From positions 67,035 to 99,034 of the forward strand of contig JAGWVU010000003.1 of the NCBI GenBank assembly GCA_018970725.1: DNA of 32,000 nucleotides, written 5' to 3'. Shown piece after piece: positions 25,312 through 32,000 of the stretch; position 1 is the stretch's first letter, and each line of letters begins with the position of its first letter. Source of the stretch: Verrucomicrobiota bacterium (GTDB lineage: Bacteria > Verrucomicrobiota > Verrucomicrobiia > Verrucomicrobiales > DEV007). Under the pieces are notes generated by a model, which was not told where the DNA came from, ran no database searches, and was given only the letters and a program-made list of their open reading frames with translations. The position numbers were made by a program, and so were the translations under genes.

Positions 25312-26034
25312 ATGGCGGCGGCGGTTTCGGTTCCGGTCTCAGCGGACGTGGTTTTGGACAGTCGGCTCGCTTTGGCGCACCCCGGGCAGGGATGGATGGC
25401 GGTGGCGGACGTGCACTATGGATTTTCCGGTGCCATGCGCGCTTCCGGCGGGTTGTTTCCGATTTGGGGGGACGCGACCGTGGAAGAGCGGCTCGGGGCC
25501 CTGTGCAGGGATTACCGGCCGGAAACTTTGATCATCAACGGGGATCTGGTGCATGGGCGGGTCTGTCGGGAAGCCTTCGGCGCCTTTCTGGAGCGCTTGG
25601 CGCGGCTGGCCCCGCGGCTGGTGCTCGTCGGCGGCAACCATGACCGCAGCCCCACGGCACGGGCCGCCGCGTTCGTGGAAAGTCATGCGGAGCCGGGTTT
25701 TTTCTTTCATCACGGGCATCTGGAGCTTCCGGTGCCGCAAGGAAGTGTGGAAGTTGTGGGCCATCATCACCCGGCCATCGTGCTGCGCGACGGCGCCGGG
25801 TTGAGGCTCAAGCTGCCGGGATTCGTCACGGAAAACCTCGGTGAAAAGGCCCGTTGGATCCTCCCCGCTTTTTCGCCATGGGCCGGAGGCGCGGTTTGGC
25901 CGGATGCGGAGGGCGGTGTGACGCGTCGTTGGGTCTGCGGGCCGGGCCGGATTTTGCGGATCGATGGCGAACCTGAAGCCGGGGCGGCGACCTCCACTTG
26001 CCAGAAGGTGTCTGATCCGTTAACGGAAGGCTGA
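25312..26034 (+). CDS. PdeM-like (ligase-associated DNA-damage-response type) metallophosphoesterase
   Basis: Calcineurin-like motifs in PdeM order and spacing: VADVHYG, INGDLVHG, VGGNHDR, FFHHGH, GHHHPA, then LPAFSPWAGG. Start uncertain (ATG 25312 preferred, 25276 possible). The stop lies 1 nt before the next ATG, with GGAAGG 5-10 nt upstream of that ATG. Confidence 0.7.
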   Translation: MAAAVSVPVSADVVLDSRLALAHPGQGWMAVADVHYGFSGAMRASGGLFPIWGDATVEERLGALCRDYRPETLIINGDLVHGRVCREAFGAFLERLARLAPRLVLVGGNHDRSPTARAAAFVESHAEPGFFFHHGHLELPVPQGSVEVVGHHHPAIVLRDGAGLRLKLPGFVTENLGEKARWILPAFSPWAGGAVWPDAEGGVTRRWVCGPGRILRIDGEPEAGAATSTCQKVSDPLTEG

Positions 26035-26035
26035 C

Positions 26036-27418
26036 ATGTCCGATCTCGATTCCTTGCGCGAGGCGCTCCGCCATTCCCCCGACAACGTGCCTTTGCGGCT
26101 GCTCTTCGCCCAGTCCTGCCTGGAGGACTTTCACTTCGGCGAGGCACGGGAGTCTTACGAGCACGTCCTCCGGGTCGAGCCCGGGCACGAGGGGGCCAAC
26201 CTCGGCATCGTCCGGGTCTTATTCGGTGAGGCCCTGTTTTCCGAGGCGATCGTCAGGGCGGAAGCCTTGGTGAAGGTGAATCCCTCCTTCGCGGCGGCTC
26301 ATCTCATGCTGGCGCGGTTGCATCTGGCGGAGGGGGACAAGCCCTCGGCGATCGGGAGCTACCGCACGGCGGTGAGGATCGACCGTGGCTTCATGGACGA
26401 GCCCCTGGCCCGCCAATTGGGAATTCCGCCGGGGGGTCAGGAGCCGGAGGAGGCGCGCCCCGTGGCCATGGGCTTGGGAGCGTCGGGCGGATGGCGCGAG
26501 GTCGAGGAGGGAGGCCCGCCGGGAGGGGAACCCGATTTTGCGGCGGAGATTGAGCGGCCGGGGCAGACCTTCGCCGACGTGGGGGGCATGGAAGCGCTCA
26601 AACAGCAGATCCGGATGCGCATTCTCCATCCGATGAAACATCCGGAGCTCTTCCGGGCCTACGGAAAGACGGCGGGCGGGGGCGTGTTGCTCTACGGTCC
26701 TCCCGGTTGCGGCAAGACCCTGATCAGCCGCGCGACCGCCGGAGAGATCGACGCCAACTTCTTTTGCATTGGTCTGCACGACATCCTCGACATGTGGATC
26801 GGGTCGAGTGAGAAGAACCTTCACGGGGTCTTCGAAATGGCCCGGGCCCACGCGCCCTGCGTCTTGTTTTTCGACGAGGTGGATGCCCTGGCGGCGGACC
26901 GCAAGGATTTCAAGGCCAGCGCGGCCTCGCGTTCCGTGATCAATCAGTTCCTCGCCGAACTGGATGGCGGGGTGAGTCACAACCACGGGGTCCTGTTCCT
27001 TGGAGCGACGAACGCACCCTGGCACATCGACCCTGCCTTCCGGCGGCCGGGGAGGTTTGACCGGACCGTGTTCGTTCCCCCGCCGGATGAGCCGGGCCGC
27101 GCCTCCATTCTCCGCCTTTTGGCCAAAGACAAACCGGTGGCGGATTTCGATGCGGAGGAGTTGGCGCGCAAGACCAAGCATTTTTCCGGGGCGGATCTCA
27201 AAGCGGTTTTCGATGCGGCAGTGGAGAGCGTGTTGGAATCGGCCCTCGAGGCGGGGCGGGTGCTCCCGGTGACCCAGAAGCACTTGCTGCGCGCGGCCAA
27301 GGAGCATCGCCCGACAACCCAGGCCTGGTTCGAAACCGCGCGGAACTACGCGCTCTATGCCAACCAGGGCGGATATTACGACGATGTCTTGGAATATCTC
27401 GGCCTGAAAAAGCCATGA
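26036..27418 (+). CDS. TPR-domain AAA+ ATPase (classical clade, CDC48/FtsH/Vps4-like single ATPase module)
   Basis: About 120 aa of N-terminal TPR-like helices and a Gly/Pro/Glu linker. Walker A LLYGPPGCGKT, Walker B VLFFDEVDAL, second region of homology ATNAPWHIDPAFRRPGRFDR. Confidence 0.85.
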   Translation: MSDLDSLREALRHSPDNVPLRLLFAQSCLEDFHFGEARESYEHVLRVEPGHEGANLGIVRVLFGEALFSEAIVRAEALVKVNPSFAAAHLMLARLHLAEGDKPSAIGSYRTAVRIDRGFMDEPLARQLGIPPGGQEPEEARPVAMGLGASGGWREVEEGGPPGGEPDFAAEIERPGQTFADVGGMEALKQQIRMRILHPMKHPELFRAYGKTAGGGVLLYGPPGCGKTLISRATAGEIDANFFCIGLHDILDMWIGSSEKNLHGVFEMARAHAPCVLFFDEVDALAADRKDFKASAASRSVINQFLAELDGGVSHNHGVLFLGATNAPWHIDPAFRRPGRFDRTVFVPPPDEPGRASILRLLAKDKPVADFDAEELARKTKHFSGADLKAVFDAAVESVLESALEAGRVLPVTQKHLLRAAKEHRPTTQAWFETARNYALYANQGGYYDDVLEYLGLKKP

Positions 27419-28677
27419 GCGAAGCGTTTTCCAGGGCGTGTTTACTCGCGGAGCGGCAGCGATGGGTCGAAGCGGAGAAATTTCTCCGGGAGCATCTCTC
27501 GTTTGATCCGGAGGATGACCGGGCTCTTTACCTGCTCGCGGTCTGTGCCCGGATGGGCCAGGGCCGCGACCGGGAGGCATTGCAAATCATCGATCAAGCG
27601 ATCGCGCGGGCCCCGGAAAATGGCGGGCATCATGCGTTGAAAGCCAAGATTCTCGCCGACCTGAAGCGCCCGGGGGAGGCCGCGGCGAGCGCCGGGGAGG
27701 CGTTGCGGATCGATCCGGAGGATGCCGGGTTCCACGCGGCCCGGGCCTATGTCCACCAGCAGCAGGCGGAATGGTCCGCGTGCGAGGAGGCATCGCGACG
27801 TGCGTTGTCCCTGGATTCCGATTGTGTGCTGGCGCAGAACCTTCTTTCGGCCGCGCTCACGTTCCAGAATCGGACGGATGAACTGGCGGAACAGATCGGC
27901 GCCCGGCTGGCCCGGGATCCGAATGACTCGCTCACCCACGCCTCGGCCGGTTGGGCCGCCCTGCGGTCCGGAGAACCGCGCCGCGCGGAAACGCATTTCC
28001 TTGAGTCGTTGCGCTTGGATGCCGTCAATGAATCGGCGCGGCTCGGGCTGCTGGAAGCCTTCCGGGCCAGATCAGGGGTCTACCGGGCGCACCTCGCATT
28101 CTCCTTTTTCGCTGCGAGCCTCGCGACCAAATACCGGATGTGGTTTTTCCTGGGGATTTATGTGGTTTACCGCGTCTTGCGGGTCGCGGCGGAGAGCGTG
28201 TCCCCGGTCTTGGGTTGGTTGGTGGTGGCGTTGTATCTGCTTTTCGTCCTGTGGGGCTATGTGGGTCGTGGGATTGGAACCCTCCTCATTCTCGCGGATC
28301 AAAGGGCGAGGCAGGCGCTCAATGCCCGGGAACGATGGGAGGGAATCGCGGTCGGCGGCTCGGTGGTGCTGGGCCTGATGTTGCTGTCCACGGCCCTCGC
28401 CACCCGGGGGGAGATCGCGCAACGGTTCGCCTTGGCCGGGGCGGTATTGGCCGGTTCCTCGATTCCTTGGTCCATGTCCCTTTCCAACGGAAACCTCACC
28501 GGACGCCGGATCTATGGGGTCATTGCCACCGGAGTGTCCTTCTGCGTGCTGGTGGTGATCGGCTGGGTGACCGTGTTCCCGCAATTGGGAATCTGGGGCG
28601 CCCATGCCTTCCAAGCCTCCCTTTACGCCACGGTGGCATGCACCTGGATGGCGTTGTTCCGCTTCAAGTATGAGTGA
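27415..28677 (+). CDS. TPR-repeat protein with C-terminal polytopic membrane domain (~5-6 TM)
   Basis: ATGA overlap with the AAA+ gene. About 210 aa of TPR-like repeats (..ALRIDPEDAGFHAARAY.., ..SLRLDAVNESARLGLL..). Hydrophobic segments follow: MWFFLGIYVVY, VLGWLVVALYLLFVLWGYV, IAVGGSVVLGLMLLSTALA, IYGVIATGVSFCVLVVIGWVTVF and others. Confidence 0.7.
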   Translation: MSEAFSRACLLAERQRWVEAEKFLREHLSFDPEDDRALYLLAVCARMGQGRDREALQIIDQAIARAPENGGHHALKAKILADLKRPGEAAASAGEALRIDPEDAGFHAARAYVHQQQAEWSACEEASRRALSLDSDCVLAQNLLSAALTFQNRTDELAEQIGARLARDPNDSLTHASAGWAALRSGEPRRAETHFLESLRLDAVNESARLGLLEAFRARSGVYRAHLAFSFFAASLATKYRMWFFLGIYVVYRVLRVAAESVSPVLGWLVVALYLLFVLWGYVGRGIGTLLILADQRARQALNARERWEGIAVGGSVVLGLMLLSTALATRGEIAQRFALAGAVLAGSSIPWSMSLSNGNLTGRRIYGVIATGVSFCVLVVIGWVTVFPQLGIWGAHAFQASLYATVACTWMALFRFKYE

Positions 28678-29466
28678 CGGTGGCGGGTTGGGCACCGCGA
28701 CTCTCCCTGCGGATTTTCGCTCACGGAAAACCCGTTTGAAATCTCGTAAAGTGTAGCCCTGCCCCCTTCTTTTTTCGTCAAAATGAGACCATTGCTGCGT
28801 TTTCCAATCCGTTGGTCGCCCGGCAATTTCTGAGTGCCTGGCTGCGGGTCTCTGGATGGGGTCGCGGTCAAGGCATGACACTGTCCGGTCGGGGAGGCCG
28901 GCCCATGTCGGCGGGGATGGATTCAGGCGCGAAAGCCTGCACATCGGGAGGGGACCGGAGTCTTTTCTCAGGCACCTTCGCGGTCTCCAATGTCAGGTTG
29001 CCAAGCCGCTGTCGCCAGCGTGCGCTCCTTGATGCACGAAAGAAGACCCTGCCAAAGCAGCGTCCCGGCAAGGGGGCAAATCCCTCCATGCGCCGAGCCC
29101 CCGCCATCCCCGGCCGACCGGTGACCCGTCGCAGGGAAGGATGGAACACGGGGGGATTCACCAAGCGTTCTGGTCGTTGACCCATGGAGCGACAGTCAAC
29201 TCGGCTCAATCCCGCCCGTGCGGTGACGAGGGCTGGAAGGGGGAATTGGGACCTCCCTTCTCTAGCTTTCCCGCCCAATCGATCAAACTTGGCGTGGGCA
29301 AGTTCCGCACCGCTTCCCCTTGAGAAAGCCCCCACGCGCGGCCCGGTCTGGCCGTGGTGCGCGCAATTCGTGCAGATTGGTATGCGAAATGCTTTCCGAC
29401 ACTTTGGTCAGTCGGTGGTCGGTGGGGCTTTTCCTTTGGTTGCCCAGCCGGTCCGTTCAGGGGAGT

Positions 29467-29511
29467 GGCCCCACGGCGCCGCGGTTTCGGCGTGCGTGGG
29501 GCCCTTTTTTT
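29467..29511 (+). terminator. Rho-independent terminator-like hairpin + U-tract, 40 nt upstream of coaB
   Basis: GGCCCCACG (29467-29475) pairs with CGTGGGGCC (29495-29503). An inner 5-bp helix CGCCG/CGGCG closes a 6-nt loop. The hairpin is followed by C + T7 (29505-29511). Confidence 0.7.
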
Positions 29512-29550
29512 CTGGCTGACAGACGGGAGTGGGTCGGGTAGAGACTGGAA

Positions 29551-30237
29551 ATGGATATCCCGGAGCCGCTGCGTTTCCTGATCACCGCCGGTCCGACCCG
29601 CGAGCCGATTGATCCGGTGCGGTTCATCAGCAACCGGTCCTCCGGGAAGATGGGGTATGCGCTGGCTTCGGCGGCGGCGGCGGCGGGGCATTCCGTGGTG
29701 TTGGTCTCCGGGCCGGTGGCGATCCCAGTCCCGGTCGACCCGAACATCCGGTTGGTGGGGGTGGAGACGACGCGGGAGATGTATGCCGCGGTGGAGGCGA
29801 GGTTGGGGGAGGTGGATGTGGCGATCATGGCGGCGGCAGTGGCGGATTGGCGTCCGGTGAGCGTCCGCCCGCACAAGGTGAAAAAGAGCCAGCAGGGGGA
29901 CTGGGTGCTGCACCTGCGGAAGACCGAGGACATTTTGGGAAGCGCCCGGGAGCCGATGGGGTTTCACGGGCTGCTGGTGGGGTTTGCCGCGGAGACGGAA
30001 AACCTTGAGGCGTATGCCCGGGACAAGATGCAAAGGAAGCGATGTGATCTGATGGTGGCCAACGACGTGAGCCAGCCCGGGATTGGATTCGATGCCGATG
30101 AAAACGAGGTCATGGTCCTGCAGGCGGACGGTGGGATCGAGCGGTTGCCGCGCGCGGCGAAGACAGTAGTTGCGCGGGAGCTGGTTCGGATTATCGAAGG
30201 GCTGTCGCGCCAACGGCGCCGCACCCAAGCTTCATGA
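29551..30237 (+). CDS. coaB: Phosphopantothenate--cysteine ligase, stand-alone CoaB domain (no CoaC domain)
   Basis: FLITAGPTREPIDPVRFISNRSSGKMGYALA...VLVSGP...AAAVADWRP...GFAAETENLEAYARDKMQRKRCDLMVANDV matches the C-terminal half of CoaBC (Dfp). The ORF starts directly at the CoaB domain. Confidence 0.85.
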   Translation: MDIPEPLRFLITAGPTREPIDPVRFISNRSSGKMGYALASAAAAAGHSVVLVSGPVAIPVPVDPNIRLVGVETTREMYAAVEARLGEVDVAIMAAAVADWRPVSVRPHKVKKSQQGDWVLHLRKTEDILGSAREPMGFHGLLVGFAAETENLEAYARDKMQRKRCDLMVANDVSQPGIGFDADENEVMVLQADGGIERLPRAAKTVVARELVRIIEGLSRQRRRTQAS

Positions 30238-30983
30238 CCCACTACCTTGAGACCGCGATCACGGCGGCGCGCGCGGCGGGCGCGTTGCTGCGCGAGCATT
30301 ATGAAAGTGAACTGACGGTGGACGAGATGCTGGCGCACGACATCAAATTGCAGATGGATGTGCGCAGTCAGGACCTGATTACGCAGATTCTCCTCGAGCG
30401 GCACCCGGACCATGCCATTTACGGGGAAGAGGGGGTGGCGGGTGATGCGGGGAGTGCCTTCCATTGGATCGTCGATCCGATCGACGGGACGGTGAACTAT
30501 TTCTTCGGGATTCCCCATTTCTGTGTTTCGATCGCGCTGCGGGAAGGGGAGGAGATCACGCACGGAGTGATTTACGATCCGATGCTGGACGAGCTGTTTG
30601 CGGTGGGGCCGGGGAGTGGGCCAACGCGGAATGGAAAGCCGATCCGGGCGAGCCGGCGGTCGTCTTGGGAGGAAGCGGTGATCACGGTGGGGTTCTCCAA
30701 GACGAACGAGGCGATCGATATCGGGTTGGAACGATACCGGAGGATCGCACACCGGGTGCGCAAGACACGGATGTTGGGGAGTGCGGCGCTGGGGATGGCC
30801 TACATCGCTTGCGGACGGCTCGACGCCTATTTTGAGGAAGCGGTCAGCCTGTGGGATATTGCGGCCGGGGAATTGTTGGTCCGGCGGGCCGGGGGAAGCG
30901 TGCAACGGTTTGCGAAAGCCGGCTCGGACAAGTTTGGCGTGATCTCCTCGAACGGGTTGCTGCCGGTGGAGGAGATGATCTGA
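30234..30983 (+). CDS. Inositol monophosphatase-family phosphatase (SuhB-like)
   Basis: ATGA overlap with coaB. Motifs YGEEG, WIVDPIDGTVNYFFGIPHFCVSIAL, WDIAAGELLV. Confidence 0.85.
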   Translation: MTHYLETAITAARAAGALLREHYESELTVDEMLAHDIKLQMDVRSQDLITQILLERHPDHAIYGEEGVAGDAGSAFHWIVDPIDGTVNYFFGIPHFCVSIALREGEEITHGVIYDPMLDELFAVGPGSGPTRNGKPIRASRRSSWEEAVITVGFSKTNEAIDIGLERYRRIAHRVRKTRMLGSAALGMAYIACGRLDAYFEEAVSLWDIAAGELLVRRAGGSVQRFAKAGSDKFGVISSNGLLPVEEMI

Positions 30984-30988
30984 TCGTC

Positions 30989-31462
30989 ATGATACGGTCC
31001 GGTATTGGTTATGACGTGCACCGACTGGTCGAAGGACGGGATCTGGTGCTTGGCGGGGTCGTGATTCCCCACGAGAAGGGGTTGCTGGGGCATTCGGATG
31101 CGGACGTCCTCAGCCACGCGATTGCGGATGCGGTTCTCGGGGCCCTGGGGGAGCCGGACATCGGTCACTGGTTTCCGCCCTCGGACGCGTCGATCGCCGG
31201 GATCTGCAGTCTCGAGATTTTGCGCAAGTGCGCGGAAATTGCCGCAGGCAAGGGAGCGGTGATTCAGAATGTGGACGCCACCTTGATCGCGGAGCGACCG
31301 AAGATCCGGCCCCACGTTGAGGCGATGCGGGCCAACATTGCGGAAGCGTTGGGGCTGCGCCCGGATCAAGTCGGGGTCAAGGCCACGACCAACGAGCGAT
31401 TGGGATTTCCCGGGCGTGAGGAGGGGATGGCGGCGATGGCCGTGTGCACGGTGGATGGGTGA
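30989..31462 (+). CDS. ispF: 2-C-methyl-D-erythritol 2,4-cyclodiphosphate synthase
   Basis: IGYDVHRLVEGRDLVLGGVVIPHEKGLLGHSDADVLSHAIADAVLGA...KATTNERLGF is the canonical IspF sequence. Start at MIRSGIG (ATG 30989). Confidence 0.95.
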   Translation: MIRSGIGYDVHRLVEGRDLVLGGVVIPHEKGLLGHSDADVLSHAIADAVLGALGEPDIGHWFPPSDASIAGICSLEILRKCAEIAAGKGAVIQNVDATLIAERPKIRPHVEAMRANIAEALGLRPDQVGVKATTNERLGFPGREEGMAAMAVCTVDG

Positions 31463-31695
31463 CCGTGGAGCCGGGCGAAGCGGGCGTGAGGCAGAACGAA
31501 CGTCCGCGAGGATTGTTTTTGGGCTCACGCAAAGGATGAGCAGCCAGCGCATGCATCAGTCCCGGGAGGGTCATGGCAGGATCATAATCAAACCACCTTG
31601 GCGCGATCATCCTCTGCTCTCTTTGCGCGATGGACCTCATCTGACCGACCCACCCCGGAGCCGGTAACCGCTCGCGAAGTCCGGAACAGCCGCCT

Positions 31696-32000
31696 TCACC
31701 GACCTAGAATGGGCGCGATGTCCTTGGCAAAATAGGTCAGGATCATGTCGGCCCCGGCCCGGCGGATGCCGAGGAGCGATTCAAGAACGACCGCCTGTTC
31801 ATCGAGCCATCCGGCGGCGGCCGCGCTCTTGATCATGAGGTATTCCCCGCTGACTTGGTAGGCGGCCACCGGGAGGTTGGAATGGTCCGCGATTTGCCGG
31901 ATGACATCGAGGTAAGGGCCGGCCGGCTTGACCATGAGCATGTCGGCACCTTCCGCCTCGTCGAGCGCCGCCTCGCGCAAGGCCTCGCGGACGTTGGCGG
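31696..32000 (-). CDS. hemB: Porphobilinogen synthase (delta-aminolevulinate dehydratase), C-terminal part; 5' end outside window
   Basis: [18 protein letters not shown]...[15 protein letters not shown]...[19 protein letters not shown] is the conserved HemB C-terminus. The frame stays open to the window edge. Confidence 0.9.
   Translation of the reverse strand, partial: ANVREALREAALDEAEGADMLMVKPAGPYLDVIRQIADHSNLPVAAYQVSGEYLMIKSAAAAGWLDEQAVVLESLLGIRRAGADMILTYFAKDIAPILGR

Noticed and set aside
27327-27337. GGTTCGAAACC, a tRNA T-loop-like sequence.
   Set aside because: It lies inside the AAA+ CDS (encoding ..AWFETA..) and has no flanking cloverleaf arms.
28913-28924. GGGGATGGATTC, reminiscent of the tmRNA 5' end (GGGG..GGAUUCGAC).
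   Set aside because: The spacing to GGAUUC is wrong. There is no GGAUUCGAC, no downstream tag ORF ending in a hydrophobic Ala-rich tail, and no T-arm or CCA-like 3' end within ~400 nt.
29191-29210. GACAGTCAACTCGGCTCAAT, resembling the RNase P RNA CR-V (ACAGAACCCGGCUUA). A GTGCGGTGACGAG resembling the P12 region lies nearby.
   Set aside because: The motifs are in the wrong order, and the universal GAGGAAAGUCC (CR-I) is absent on both strands.
28678-29550. Possible decayed CoaC domain or transposase in the gene-free region upstream of stand-alone coaB.
   Set aside because: None of the six frames shows CoaC-like (GGIAAYK, PAMN) or DDE/HTH transposase-like strings by eye. It remains open pending tblastx.
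1-32000. Scan for CRISPR arrays, rRNA/tRNA genes, integrases, toxin-antitoxin pairs and classical defence islands.
   Set aside because: No regularly spaced repeats, no conserved rRNA/tRNA motifs, and no recombinase or phage-like ORFs were seen. The neighbourhood is a mix of housekeeping and envelope or exported-enzyme genes.

Overview
GC-rich (by eye, not computed) bacterial chromosomal window that is almost fully coding. It holds 28 protein-coding genes (two cut by the window edges) and one clear intrinsic terminator. I saw no rRNA, tRNA, CRISPR array, or recognisable transposase, integrase or phage gene. Left third: an ALDH-like fragment, a HisKA_3/NarL two-component pair, then a co-directional run of a nitroreductase plus exported hydrolases (Sec alpha/beta hydrolase, DUF900-type lipoprotein hydrolase, sulfatase). 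This run faces a beta-propeller::phosphoesterase gene that follows der. Middle: bcp, then an eight-gene minus-strand operon (20892->12752). It encodes a nearly autonomous type II fatty-acyl elongation machine: FabL-like ER, FabG-like KR, long ACP, didomain hot-dog dehydratase, two KS, and an AcpS::LpxL-type acyltransferase fusion, followed by a Tat-signal flavin amine oxidase. Its core gene order matches the rhizobial acpXL-lpxXL very-long-chain-fatty-acid/lipid A cluster. Right third: a Tat-signal beta-propeller protein, a Tat-TldD/PmbA pair, and a translationally coupled trio of PdeM-like metallophosphoesterase / TPR-AAA+ ATPase / TPR-polytopic membrane protein. That trio is my best candidate for an undescribed system. 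It is followed by an ~870-nt gene-free stretch ending in a strong terminator just upstream of stand-alone coaB, an IMPase gene and ispF, and then the 3' end of hemB. Lineage guess from the sulfatase, the Tat-rich exported enzymes and the propeller::phosphoesterase fusion: PVC/Verrucomicrobiota-like, unverified. All homology calls are motif recognition by eye; no database search was run.
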